64,000 nt of DNA from Takakia lepidozioides (Eukaryota; Plantae; Bryophyta): NCBI GenBank assembly GCA_030704615.1, contig CM060734.1, positions 25,172,001 to 25,236,000 of the forward strand, given 5' to 3'. Shown piece after piece: positions 11,745 to 25,200 of the stretch. The notes under the pieces were generated by a model. That model was not told the origin of the DNA, made no database searches, and saw nothing but the letters and a program-made list of their open reading frames with translations. The position numbers were made by a program, and so were the translations under genes. The first letter of the stretch is position 1; every line of letters starts with the position of its first letter.

Positions 11745-13304
11745 GCCCAGACCAGTTGTTTATATCACAGTAATTCCCACCAGTGGAGTGAGCCCCTCAC
11801 AAAGTTAGTGCTTGTTCCCCTTTGTTCCGCCCACATTGGGCGCGGGGTCTATGGCCACAAAGCTACAGCAAACATGAGTACATTCTTTCTTCTTGACGTA
11901 AATTAAGGCTGAGTGAACCTCTGGTTGGAAGAAGTGGCAACTGTAACAATTGAATGTGACCTGCAGATTACGGGCAAGGACAAAGCTTGGGTTCTGCAAT
12001 GCCAAGGTGGCCTGGCGTTTGAAAACTGTCTTTGTTGAGGGCCACTAGTCTTGCACAAACTCATGGTCAAAGACATTTGAAGCCGATGCATCCTCCTGAA
12101 TCATATCAACACATCCTGATTTAGCTCATCTCAGATTTTTATCAGTCATGACACATCCATGAAAGTGAAATATGTCAATTTAAATCTGCTGGGTTTGTAC
12201 TTGACTGAAAGATAGATACAAGTGCAATCATCCAATATCTTCTTTAATCAAAAGATTGGGGGCCATCCCTTCAGCAATGTCTTGGCTTAATGCCATTTCC
12301 AGAGTCACATGTACCAGTAGGTAGTACATGGATAGCAGTACTAGATTGTAGAGCCCTCTTTGCCTTTAGATTTCAAATTTCAACATGTAAAAGCAGATAA
12401 GTGACCAGACATGTATATTCACTGATATTGGACCTATAATACCATAATGGAAATTCGCGAAGAATCTCCATCAACTTTTAGGTGGTTGCAAAACAATATG
12501 AGTTAAGAGTGTACTAGAGGACGCTCAAGCTGCAAACGGACATTGCCTGGGGCCTCCTGAACATTTTTTACAACATCTGCAGCAGTATAACATACTCAAG
12601 TCTACGATGGCTGTTCACAACTCCTGTTATACAGTCTCCTTCTTTCACTTGTGTGGTCTGCTGGATATTAGCAAATAACTGCCATTCCTGTGGGTTCGAC
12701 TTCAGAAACTACAATGGCACTCTTCCCACCTGGTCCACAGGCATCCCTGGTAAATAGAAATGGATTTGTAGGGAGTCTTTCCCTCAGTGTTTATGACATT
12801 GAACATTTCAGTTCAAGGTAAATGCCATGTTATAGTTTATGTTGGACACAACAAGTCTCCCAAAAGGTGAGAATGGAGCCTCATTGCACTTCGAAGGCCT
12901 CACAAAAGTGCCTGAAAAGAAGCAGCTGTTTGTTTCCATTTTACCAGTAAAGGCAAAATATGCCCACAGAATACTTCACCGAATGAATCACAGGTGCTAC
13001 GAGGAGGCAGACTAGACCGATATGCCTTTGTGCCATGCTACAACTAGGGTACAAAATCTTCTTAATGGTTCTCAGAAAGTATGTCAAGGAAACAGTCTCA
13101 AAGCACATACTTCTCTTCTTCAGTATCGTCCTTTTTTGACCTGTCATGCGTTACTCTGGCCACCGTCTCTAGCACAGCCTGCACAGCCAATGTTTCATAC
13201 ATCAGGACAACACATGTAAATCTTCCTCCTCCCTAGTAATAATAGGACCTAGATTTCCACCAAGGTCACAACAATATGCCAGGATTGAGCAGAGTGAGGT
13301 AGAA

Positions 13305-14031
13305 TGTCGCGCACCTCACTTCGGTAAACTCCCCTTTAAGTCATAGTTACTCGCTTTGATGCGCGCGCCTGACTCCCAACCTGGCCGCTGGGCCAACTTG
13401 GAGCTTCGGCTGCTCACCGGGACATAACGGTCCCCCTTCGCTTCCCTCTAAAACCCTCTACCTAATTGGGACTAGGAGAATTCCCTTTGGTAGATGGCAG
13501 TCCGGAACAGCTCCCCACTCTTTGGTCGCTTTCCGGCTCGCTCGCTTACTCACTAGTTTTTGGTCACCAACGGGCTTGCACCGTTCTCGGGGTTACTACT
13601 CCCTATATATACTTCTGTAGCTGTCCGCGGGGGTTCCACAACCAGCCATGCCATTTTATGGTGAACCACCACGAAAACCCTCGACTCCCGGTGATGAGTC
13701 GCGGTGAGTCTTGGCCCGCTCACCACGGCCCCTATGGACCGTGATGAGTCCCAAGACTCCCCACGACTCCCACCACGAGGTCTCCGCCCCCATGGTGAGT
13801 CCTATGCCACCCCCACTAAGTCCCACTAAGCTACCACCACCCCTTGTGGAGCCACCCCCACTGCAACCCGGTGTGCGGGGCTCCACCTAGTGAGCGCCTC
13901 CGCCTCCTTGAGTGCCTTGGGCACTCAAGGGTGCTTCAGCCCCCCCCTACCTATCGCTGCCGCTGCCCCCACCACAGGGGCAGCCCCTCATGTGTCCCGA
14001 CCCCCCGCCCTCAAGGCAAAGGGCCGCGACA
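13305..14031 (-). repeat. 3' LTR (727 bp)
   Basis: Differs from the 5' LTR by about 8 substitutions and 1 indel on manual comparison. Confidence 0.97.
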
Positions 14032-14051
14032 CACACCCCTACCAATAGGGA
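14032..14051 (-). other. Polypurine-tract region next to the 3' LTR
   Basis: Sense strand reads ...TTGGTAGGGGTGTG immediately before the LTR TG. Confidence 0.65.
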
Positions 14052-14937
14052 GTCGATGTCCTCATCGACTTGTCCATTTTGTAGAAACGAACATCCAAGT
14101 TGTGGCGTCCCACATCAAGGAGTTTGTTTCCGTACCATGGCGTCCCATGGTAAAGAACCAAACCCCACACTTGACTCTACTCTCCACTAGCTAGTTCGGC
14201 CGACTTCCTCCAAGTCCTGGCCAAGGGTGGAGCCTCTCCAGCTCCTCCCAGTGCACTCTTCTTGGCCTACTTCAAGGCCAAGGAACGATCCTTCCCGAGG
14301 ATCGAATCGCCTTACTGCAACAACATTGCATGCAATCGCTCATGATGCCGCTTTTGGCATCACCTTGAGCAAGGGTTCACCTGGAACCCTCTTTTACTAG
14401 GAAGATAACCTTGAACCAACCGTGCGCCCCAATCACTACAATTGGGTCCACCTTGGAATGCTGGCCTGAGGTACGGGAACACGCCGAAGCCGCACTACGA
14501 CTTCGTCCCGAGGCTACACGATTATAGTACGTGAACGGAAGCACGTAGCTTCCGCGTTAGCCCGCACTACAAGGCAACCCCCTCGGTAGCGCAGTTATAG
14601 TACGCGCACGCGCCAGGTGCGCACTAGCACGTGAACTCCCAGAGAAGGCGCAAGTTTCCTTGCCCCTTGGATGGGAGTCACCCGATTTCGGCACTGCGCA
14701 AACACACGATTAACCCAATTTACCTCTCCCACTTTTGTAAGCTAGCATGCATTCTACACACTAGCCAACCACACCATGCATCACCATTCCAAATACAATA
14801 GGACGCACAATATTTGGAACCCATTTCCTTTATAACAAATTTTTGTACAATACAAGTTTTTGCAATCGGATTCATGAGCTAGCTAAACCGGGCTAAGCAT
14901 GCATTTCCTCCCCCACGCTCCAAGGTTGATGTCCCCA

Positions 14938-17900
14938 TCAACGCTTCTTCCGCTTTTGAGGTCGCCCTTCGAAAGCTGCAACCGCCTCGGATGCGTTTCC
15001 CATTTCTGAGGCACGCACCCAAGATGCCTCCACATGATGATAGCCCTTCCATTTGACGAGATACTCCGTTTCTCGGTTCCTGAACCTCCTCGACTTAAGT
15101 ATTGCCTCCACCTCGTACTCAGGTTCATTTTCATGATCCAACAGCATAGGTGGCGGACGCAACACTGGATGCCGATTCGGACGCGCTTCATCTTTGAAGT
15201 AAGGTTTCAAAAGGGAGACATGGAATACTGGGTGCACCTTGTTGTTTGCCGGCAGCTCCAATTCATACACATCCTCATTCATAACCTTTCGAATGCGAAA
15301 GGGTCCCGCATACGGAGGTACGAACTTCGGACTCACTTCCGGAGGTAGTCGGAAATTCTTGATGTTCAACCAGACCTCTGTGCCTGCCTCAAACTTCACT
15401 TCCCTCCGCTTCCGATTCGCCTGCCTTTCATACCGTCTCCTAGCTTTGGCAATATTGTACTTTGCGAGCTTCAACAAACGATCGCGTTCTTCTAGTACCG
15501 CCGCTACTGCCGATTCCTCAACGTCCTGGGCGGCCCAACTTGTCGGCACCAGAGGTGCTTTTCCATAGACCAATACGAAAGGGGAAACTCCCGTTGCGGA
15601 GTGTTCTGTGTTATTATAACAGAACTCTGCCGCGTCTAAGTGTTCCATCCAGTCTGATTGGTCTGCCGACACGTAATTCCGCAAGAATTGCTTCACTACG
15701 GAATTCACTCTTTCCGTTTGGCCGTCCGTCGTAGGTCGGAAGGCGGTGCTCATCTTCAGCCTCGTCCCCATCTTCTTCCAAAGTGCTCTCCAGAATTTAC
15801 TCGTAAACTTTGGATCGCGATCCGAGACAATATCCTTCGGGACTCCATGATGCTTTAAGACGTGGGCGAAGTAAAGTCGCCATGTCTCCTGCGCCGTTGC
15901 CGTCTCCTTGGTGGGGATGAAATGGCCCATTTTACTGAACCTATCCACCACCACCATGATTGCATCGAATCCTTTTGACAGCGGCATAGCAGTCATGAAA
16001 TCCATTGAGACGCTTTCCCAAGTCCCCTCTGGAATCGGCAAGGGTTGTAACAGCCCCGCTTGCTTTTTGTACTCGCTCCGGTTTTGTTGGCATGTGGTGC
16101 ATGTCTTGACATACTCCTCTGCCTCCTCCCTCAGTTTGGGCCAGAAATACTCTTTCTTCAAGAGTGCCGCAGTGCGCTTGGCTCCGCCGTGGCCCGCAAG
16201 CGGGCTATCATGGCATTCTCTCAAGAGGCTATCTCTGATCCCTCCCTTCGGCACGTAGAGACGTTTTTGCTTATACCGGAGCAGTCCATTTTGCAAGTGG
16301 AACTGCGATTTAACCCCCATCCTCAAGTCCTGCATCACGGACTTCGCCAGCTCATCCTTCCGGCAAGCCTTCCGGATCTTCCTTTGGAGCGCCGTCTCGC
16401 CCTTGTACACCAACAAGAGCTGCTGCTTTCTACTTAAAGCATCGGCCACCACATTGTCTCGTCCCGGTTTGTACTGGATATCCACGTCGAACACCGCCAA
16501 AGTATCTTGCCACCTAAGTTGTTTTGGGGACAACTTGGGCTGCGTGGCAAAATACTTCACTGTGACATTGTCCGTGAACACCTTCACTGGGTTGGAACCA
16601 ACATAGTGGCGCCAAAGCTCAAGGCAATGCACCACCGCCTTCATCTTTTTTTCGTGCGTCGGCCACTGTCGCTCCACTTCATTCAGTTTCTTACTTTCGT
16701 AAGCCACTGGACGTCCACCTTGCATCAGTACACCCCCAATCGCGAAGTCCGACGCATCTGTATGTATCTCGAACGGACGATCGAACTCCGGGATTTTCAA
16801 GACTGGAGCTTCCGCCATCCGCTGCTTCAATTCAGCAAAAGCTTGGCCACAAAAGGTGTTCCATGCCCAGACTTTAGATTTACACAGAAGGTCCGACAGC
16901 GGCCCCGCGATCTTGGCGAAATTTCTCACATACTTCCGGTAATAGGAGGCGAGTCCTAGAAGGATCGCACTCCCGGGACCGAAGTCGGAGGCTCCCAGTC
17001 CAAGATCGCCCTCACCTTTCTGTCATCCATTTTGATCCCATCCTGTGTAATCACATGCCCCAAGAACTCCACTTTCGTGACCCCGAATTTGCACTTTGAA
17101 GCTTTGGCATACAGCTTCCCTTCCCGCAATTTTTGGAACACCCTTTTGAGGTGCTCCAGGTGCTCCTCCTTTGTTTTCGAGTACACCAAGATGTCGTCGA
17201 TGTACACGATCACAAAGTCATCCAACCACTCCTGGAAAAGGCTGTTCATCAGCGTGCTAAATGTTGCTGGTGCATTGGTGAGCCCAAAAGGCATCACCAA
17301 GAACTCATATGAACCATACCTTGTCCTGCACGCGGTCTTCTCCTCATCTCCTTCCGCCACCCGAATTTGGTGATAGCCGGAGCGCAAGTCGATCCGGCTG
17401 AAATACTTTGCTCCTGCCAACCGATCGAAGAGGTCGTCGATCCTTGGCAAGGGGTACCGGTTTTTGATAGTCACCTTATTCAGAGCCCTGTAATCGACAC
17501 ACATCCGTAGCGTCCCATCCTTCTTATCTGCAAATAGCACCGGGGCTCCGTAAGGTGACTTACTCGACCGGATGTACCCCTTTGACATTAGATCCTTGAG
17601 CTGAGTCTTCAGCTCGACCAACTCTCTGTGGCTCAACCGGTAGGGCGCCTTGGCAGGCGGTTCCGATCCCGGTATCACCTCAATCTTGTGGTCAACTCCT
17701 CTTCGCGGTGGCAAGCCGCTTGGTAAATCCTCCGGCATCACATCCTGGTATTTCTCCAAAATCCCCTTGATCCAATCTGGGCTCGGCTCCCCATCGCCTT
17801 CTCCTTTCAGTTCTCTAATGTAAAGCAAAAACTGGGGCTCGTGTGCCTCCTCCACGGCCCACTCCTTTGCTGACAGAAGGTTTATTCGCCCTCCCACGGA

Positions 17901-19499
17901 TTTGGGCGTTTCCGACACTCGTAAAACCTCGCCACCATTCCCACATGGCAGCGTGACTACTCTCTTGCGGCCATCTATGACCGCTCCGGATTTGCTCAAA
18001 AATGTCATCCCCAAAATGAGATCCACTCCATCGATCTCGCACATGGTGAAGTTCTCACGTCCCTTCCAACTCCCCAGTTGAAGAGGAACATCAATCGCCA
18101 ACCTTGTCGCCAACTGTGGTTCTCCTTTGGCAGAACGCACCTCAATAGAGGCCCCCACGTCACTTGTCGGGAGTCGCAGCTTTTGTGCCGTTGCTGGTGT
18201 CATGAAGGAGTGCGACGCTCCTGTGTCCACCAACAACGACACATTAGTTCCGGATATTATCCCATCCACGAACAATAACCGACTCCCTTTTCGTAAGGCG
18301 CCAGTTTCCTGATATAACTCACAAGAAAATTTGCCTACCTTGCAAGTCCTGGCGACCACTGCTTCCACCAAGCGACTGATGGTATCTTCCGACAGCTCCG
18401 TGGTCGCTCGAGTCATGTTCAATTGCCGGGGCTTCGTGCACTTCTTGGCCATGTGCTCGGGCTCCCTGCAATTGAAACACACTCCATCAAAGGTCGCCTT
18501 CTGTCCGCCATAAGCCGCTCCACCCGCTTTTCCTTTCGAAGCACCAGGTGCCGCCTTGACGTGTGAAGGCCCTCCCTTCGATTTCCATGTGCCATTTTCG
18601 CCGCGTGGCCTATCCCACTTCTTTTCCGGTCGGAAGGAGTCACCTTCCCGCCGGGTCTTCTTGTGGTTCAGCTCCGTACGGCCTTGTCTTTCACCCCTAG
18701 GGACATATGAGAAACATTCAGCCCTCTCAATAGCCTCGTTCAAAGTCTTGGGTGGCTTCTCCTCCAACTTCCGCCTGGCCCATGGGGCCAGTCCCGCCAC
18801 AAAGTTGAAGACCATTTCTGGTTCTGCCATGTCCGCGACTTCGAGCAACAACACATTGAAAGCCTGGACATACCCCCGAATGTCATCCGTTTGCTTCAAA
18901 TTCCTCATCTTGTCCCGGGCAAGCCAGGACGCGTTGAGGGGCACAAACTGTCTCCTCATCAATTCCTTGAACCCACTCCAGTTCAAGGTTTCCGGGCTTG
19001 GACCTTGGTCGTGAAGGCGTTTCTGCCACCATTGTTGAGCATAGCCCCTCAAATAGGTGGGAGCCACTTCCACCCGATCCTCGTCACTCAACTTGGCCGC
19101 CCGGAAGTACTGCTCTAGCTCCAAGAACCAGGTGTTGAGTGCCTTCCGATTTCGGACGCCCTCGAAGGTGCCGGGTTCCTTAGGCTTCACCTTAAACTTT
19201 GCCTTAGTGGAAGTGGCATTAGCCGCCTTCAACACGTCTTTCAACGTCCCGCCAAACTGCGCCAACAACCCTTCCGAAAAGGCTGCCGGCATGGGAGGCA
19301 TCTCTTGGTTTGTCGGAGCTCTCAAGGATTCCTCGGGCTCCGACTCCTCGGATTCCTCCCGCTCTTGGGCGGCCTCGTTTTCGGAAACATGCATCGCTTC
19401 CTCAAACGGCCGCCTCGGTGACACGCCGCCCCCATCGGGCTCACCGGGATCATCATCTTTTGGGCCGTTCCGCTTTCGCTTCGGCTTGCCCGACCCCAT
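14938..19499 (-). CDS. gag-pol: gag-pol polyprotein (Gag, CCHC knuckle, aspartic protease, RT, RNase H, integrase, chromodomain), split by a 1-nt deletion at ~16958
   Basis: [14 protein letters not shown]; LVDTGA; YIDD; TDASDFAIG; integrase HHCC and D,D(35)E; [15 protein letters not shown]. Restoring one C gives the canonical [11 protein letters not shown]. Confidence 0.95.
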
Positions 19500-19540
19500 G
19501 ATGAGGCCAATCCCAAGGACGATCGCGTACTAAACTCTAA

Positions 19541-19552
19541 GCTCTGATACCA
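19541..19552 (-). other. Primer binding site complementary to the 3' end of initiator tRNA-Met
   Basis: TGGTATCAGAGC, 2 nt downstream of the 5' LTR. Confidence 0.95.
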
Positions 19553-19554
19553 AG

Positions 19555-20282
19555 TGTCGCGCACCTCACTTCGGTAAACTCCCCTTTAAGTCATAATTAC
19601 TCGCTTTGATGCGCGCGCCTGACTCCCAACCTGGCCGCCGGGCCAACTTGGAGCTTCGGCTGCTCACCGGGACATAACGGTCCCCCTTCGCTTCCCTCTT
19701 AAACCCTCCACCTAATTGGGACTAGGAGAATTCCCTTTGGTAGATGGCAGTCCGGAACAGCTCCCCACTCTTTGGTCGCTTTCCGGCTCGCTCGCTTACT
19801 CACTAGTTTTTGGTCACCAACGGGCTTGCACCGTTCTCGGGGTTACTACTCCCTATATATACTTCTGTAGCTGTCCACGGGGGTTCCACAACCAGCCATG
19901 CCATTTTATGGTGAACCACCACGAAAACCCTCGACTCCCGGTGATGAGTCGCGGTGAGTCTTGGCCCGCTCACCACGGCCCCTATGGACCGTGATGAGTC
20001 CCAAGACTCCCCACGACTCCCACCATGAGGTCTCCGCCCCCATGGTGAGTCCTATGCCACCCCCACTAAGTCCCACTAAGCTACCACCACCCCTTGTGGA
20101 GCCACCCCCACCGCAACCCAGTGTGCGGGGCTCCACCTAGTGAGCGCCTCCGCCTCCTTGAGTGCCTTGGGCACTCAAGGGTGCTTCAGCCCCCCCCCTA
20201 CCTATCGCTGCCGCTGCCCCCACCACAGGGGCAGCCCCTCATGTGTCCCGACCCCCCGCCCTCAAGGCAAAGGGCCGCGACA
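19555..20282 (-). repeat. 5' LTR (728 bp) with TATA-like TATATA and repeated TGAGTC motifs
   Basis: Direct repeat of 13305-14031; GAAGTATATATAGGG on the minus strand near 19851-19865. Confidence 0.97.
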
Positions 20283-20319
20283 TAGAATGGAAACACCAAC
20301 AAGTTGAAGGATGGTGGCT

Positions 20320-20540
20320 AAACCCTCACCTGCACAATTTACAAAATGCTCCGCAGTAGGGGTGACGCCATGATCCCGACTCACGGAATCAAAGTGGTTA
20401 CAGCCTTCATCCACCAAGCCCACATGGGTATATGCAGAGAGAACACATACAAAGGTGATACCATTTGGCTTCAAGCCTTCCTGTTGCATTTGTTCAAATA
20501 GTTGGAGGGCTTCCCAACCACACCCATGCCACAACCACAA
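20320..20540 (-). pseudogene. PLS-class PPR gene fragment
   Basis: HGCGWEALQLFEQMQQEGLKPNGITFVCVLSAYTHVGLVDEG matches the P2-L2 region of the PPR genes at 42-50 kb. Confidence 0.85.
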
Positions 20541-22279
20541 CTTGTAATAACCACTCTGAACGAAGAGTGATCTTATGAAGGGCCACTCTAACATGCTGTG
20601 TGTAACAAAAATGCGATCTCATAGAAGTCAAATCCATGGCTGCTCAATATAGTTGTGATCTTGAAGTGGTGAAGTTAGCAATACAACCAACATGGACGAC
20701 ATTGACAACCAAGTGCCTTCAAAAGAAGGTAGATATCAGCAGCACAACCACGTGTACCAGGTCAGCGGAACTACATGAGAGAATGTAATGCAAAAGAAGA
20801 CCCACCCCTGAAAAGGGGCAGTAGCCGCAAGGCGAAGTGGCTCTTAGTTACGCCGGCTTCGGCCGGAGTCTTCTCTCTCTTATGCGAAGAAAACCGTAAG
20901 TCACAACAATACGTCACGACAATATTTTGTCAGGCCAACAGACCTACATAATTGTTCTATCAAATCCTTCAAACAGTCGGCCGAATGTCGACCAGTGATG
21001 GTCACATCCTCCACTGGAACATCCGTAGCATGTGCATATATAACATGGTCTCAACAATTGACAGCCATACCTTACAATACCAGCCGGGAAAGTAAATGGT
21101 AGGGCTTTTAAGTCATCACGTTGGTACTGCATCACTGGCTTATCTGGTTTCAGAATTCCACCCTGATCCATCAAATGCTCTCCTGGTCAGTTAAGCACAC
21201 AACCTGACCTTTAGAAACCCCAAAGCGAAGAACAGAACACAATACTATAGAAAATATTCAGGTGAAGGATTTGCATTAGATAAAACGATATAAGGGCACA
21301 GACTAGATATTGAACAATAAGCGATAACGTCTTGGCTGTATCAATGTTTCCCACAATCGCCACTGTGTATGCTGATGGATCCATGAAACTTTTTGGGGTT
21401 GACTGTGTTGAGCTCCTTGACTGTAATGAGGTTTACTATTTCATGAGTAGAAACCATGAGCCATGAGCCATGAGCCGCATGAGCCGCATGAGCGGTGAGC
21501 CGAAGTCTAAGATACGCGGATTTCATGAGCGGACTCCTCCAAATTTGGAAATGCGGCAGATTAAACAAGTATTAAAATAATAGTTTTTTTATTTGACCTT
21601 GCCGTTTTTGGACGTTCCAGATCATGTAATGCGGCGAAGATATGTTGTCAGTAACAAGTCCGCTCATGGTTTTTTAGATCCGCTCATGGAAATAAGTGAC
21701 CGTGCAACGGGAAATCCAGTATACCACTGCAAAAGGACGTCGCATACTGGCCTGAATAGAGTATTCCGCGGTTTTACATGCCTTAACATTGGAATGAAGC
21801 TGACCCTTTTGCCGCGATTGAACCAATGGAGTCTGCACCAATACAGTCTGCAGTACTTCGCAATTCTGTCTTCTTCGGGTATTCGGCGGGAAAGGTTTGC
21901 AACTGAACTGGGAAATAGGGTGCCGCATTAGGGTTCGCACGTGTGAAATTTCGGAGCGGTTTGGTGTTGGCGAAGGCCGCCTCTGGGGGTACCTACGACG
22001 ATACTTGGAAATGCGGCGCCGCATTTCCTTGTCGGAGGTCGAATGAGGAAAGCAAGTTTTCGGAAAGCAGAAAAACATGAAACCTCCAACATACAAAAAT
22101 ACATGCACGTGGAAACAAGTGAACGATATAGTAATATCTTAGTTCGAGCAAAACAGGTTACTGGTAGGCAAGACATATGTCGGACCTTTCTGTGGCCAGA
22201 GTCTGAGGTACTGGCAGCAGTACAGTTTTACTATCCGAAAAGGATGGGCGTACCGTTGTATGGGGACCGCAAGCCAAGC

Positions 22280-25200
22280 TCACTGGTCCTCTGGATCCAT
22301 ATTCAGAAGAGTGTGAACCTCCTGGGGGCTCAACCCTGGTGCATGTATGAAGTGATGAGTTGTGGAATTACAACGGAGTCTCTTTAGGTACACGTAGTAC
22401 AAATGCTTGCAAGGGCAGTATGATGCCCCCTTGTTCGCCATGATCTGGAAGTCGGTGCAATTGCAGGTGGGTAATTCTGAAATGGTGATGGTGTACACCT
22501 CATTGCGAACAGCTGAGCCCGCCGTGGCCATCTGATACACACGCCCGAATCCTGGTGGGGGCACTTCTGTCGAGCTCTGGATTGTACAGTTCATCCGAAG
22601 TGCATTCCCTATGCTTGTCTCGTTCACTTTTGAGGGAGGTCGCCGCCTCTTCGGTTTCCCCCAACGGTGTGTAGGATGCTTAGAGCTGTCGTGTCCCATT
22701 GTTCTTGCTCTCACAGGGGTCGGTGGTGGAGGCTGTGGAAGCGGAAATGGTTCTCTGGGGACGTCAGTGCGCTGCACCATCCGAAATCCTGCGGCGGTAA
22801 GGGCGTCGGCCTCAACCTGACTCAGATCGCAGCCTGGTTCCACCGGCCACACCGGGGGAGCCTCTGGCATTGTTTGTATGCCGTACTTGGGCTTTCCATA
22901 CACGCAAGTCATAATGTCGTGCCTGCAGAACCAGAACTGGGTGGTTGTCGCCTCCGCAAACTTTGCATGGACAAATCTTCCTGTAAAAGTAGGAGCAGGG
23001 ACAGCCCCATCTGGATTCCTCCTTATCATCTCTAAACAACGTTGCCGTGTATCCACACGAATTGCGGAACACCTTCCTCGAAACGACGGCTTTGTGCGAG
23101 CAATTCTCCACTGTGATGCAGACACAGTCGTCTCCACAATGGCTTAGCCATACTGCATAATAGTGGGCGGAATCTGGGGCAAGGGAGCGGTGGGAATTTT
23201 TTGCACGAAATCCCCGGTTGAAGGCGACGGCGATCTGGAATTTCTTGGGCTTCCACTGCTGGAAGACACATTGTGCGGCAACATGACGGGACCTCGAGGT
23301 GCTGTCCGAATGTTCCTGTCGGATCTCCAGGAATCCTCTTTGCACCCGGGTTCCTCTTCAATCCTCCGCCTGACAGGGCGAGTCCGGACGTCCCCCTCTA
23401 GGTGTTCACCTCTGCGGTGCAGAGGCGTCCCTTTGATCTTCTCTCGCAATGTTGTCGCCCATTTCACTGGATTCTTGGACCTCGAAGCTGTTCGTACCAA
23501 CAATTCCTCCCTGTCCGGCCCAAAGCCCCATTGTTTGCCGCTCAGGAACTTGTAGTACGTGGCTTGCTGCATGATTGCTCTGTCGATGTCCTCCGTTGTG
23601 GCCGTCACTACGTCCACCAGATGTGCGGCAGAAGACGCTCGCCAGGAGGAGTGGACCGATTCTGCCATATTCGTGTTCGGCATGTCCGTGTCGGAATCCA
23701 AGCACCGCTCCTAGAAGGACACAAACAATGGTGAGGGACCAATCGAAATGTCCGTAACAGAAAGACAAATGAACGAAAATGACAGCAGCCTACCTCCCGC
23801 ATGTACTGTCCGAACTGTCGATACCGAAAATGCCACCACCCCAACCAGCTGTGCAATGCTCCCAGATTGGTTGTCTCCACTGCACCTGACGTGTTCCACC
23901 AAGCCTCGATGATAGCAAACTTAACCTCCGCGTCATCAAATGTGGGTGCATCCTTCCACGCCGTACAAAGGACACGGTGTTCAGCCTGGAATGAGCTAGC
24001 AACAAATTTGGTAGTGTAGTGGGATAGACTCTACATCCAATGGAATCCACAGGATCTCTCTTTCCCCTCCATTGGAACATTGGGGTCCTCACCGTACACA
24101 CGCCGCACCGCTGCCCAGTTGGCCTGAGCGTTGTCTGCCATGAATCCCCTGAAATTGGGCTCTGGCAATCCCGCCCTTGCCATCTGCTCGTTTATGCCCT
24201 CCCACAGATGCATTTCGGACTGTGTGTCCTCCCCTTTCATCTCGCAGATTGCAATCGTCATGAGCCTCTTGGAGTGATAGTCATAAACATGCGCACCCAT
24301 AGTCACCCACTGATGGTTTGTAATTCGCTTGATGTGATCAAACATCACCCAAGCATTCGACAAGTTTCCAGTTGTCATGCGAGTGACCAAGTCGACTCCA
24401 CTCCCAGGCCCACACGTCGACATTTTGAAAATGTAACAACGATCGGATTCGCTGCCTTGCCCTGGAAACCTGCTACCTTGGATGTAGTCATATCCAGTCA
24501 TTCGTTTCACCTCCAGGATTGAGTACATGTCCGACCCCCTGCCGAACTCCTGCTTGCAAGATACGATGTGATTCCGCACATTCGGACTACAAACGTGCGA
24601 GACGGACTCCAAGAGGTCACGCATCTCATCTTCGGTCAAGGGCTCTCGGTCGGAACCATCTCCAGACATGATTTTGCCAAGAGCAATCTTGTGGGCTGCC
24701 TTCAGCTGAATCTGCTTTGGTCTGGCTCCGGGGCTCAATTTCACCTCCTCTTTTATGATGTCGTGTGCTTCCTGCACAGCCTCACGCATGTTGCCTCTCG
24801 CCAAGGGGTGGCAGTGGACCCCAACGTGTATGCAAGCTCTAGTCAAGTCCGGGAGCAAATGGATTACGTAATATTGCTTGGCTCTGCACATGGACATGCA
24901 CGTCGGTGGTTCTTTGCAATGTGCACACTTGAAAGAACCCGCAGGAGCTTGGCTGGAGACAATGAATGGATGATGCGTTGTGCCAGTCCAATCCGTCTCG
25001 TTTCTCCGCCCTCCTTTGGAGAGAAAGTGGAAGCAGGTGGGATTGAGGCACCTCAGCTTCCCCGCACAGAGGACATATCGTACACGAACACCATCAGCAA
25101 TTTTCGTGCTACTGGTCTTCGTCACACACCAGGGGTGTCCGTCATGCTTTCGATCCATGTCTGTTAACATCCCGGAGGCTTTGTTTGACGAAGAAACAGG

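Larger units (their letters stand above)
13305..20282 (-). mobile_element. Full-length Ty3/gypsy chromovirus LTR retrotransposon (~7.0 kb), 5-bp TSD TAGAA
   Basis: LTRs TG..CA at 19555-20282 and 13305-14031; TAGAA at 13300-13304 and 20283-20287; gag-PR-RT-RH-IN-chromodomain order; Met-i PBS. Confidence 0.98.

Noticed and set aside
13670-13780. Hammerhead ribozyme in the LTR (two GTGATGAG motifs)
   Set aside because: The core should be CTGATGA followed by a stem and GAAA; here it is GTGATGA with no correctly placed GAAA. More likely U3 enhancer repeats.
16930-16980. Programmed frameshift or readthrough between the two pol ORFs
   Set aside because: The break lies inside the conserved FLGL motif with no slippery site; a 1-nt deletion or consensus error explains it.
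23144-24033. In-frame stops repaired by U-to-C RNA editing
   Set aside because: Such editing is known from organelles, not nuclear transcripts; mutational decay is simpler.
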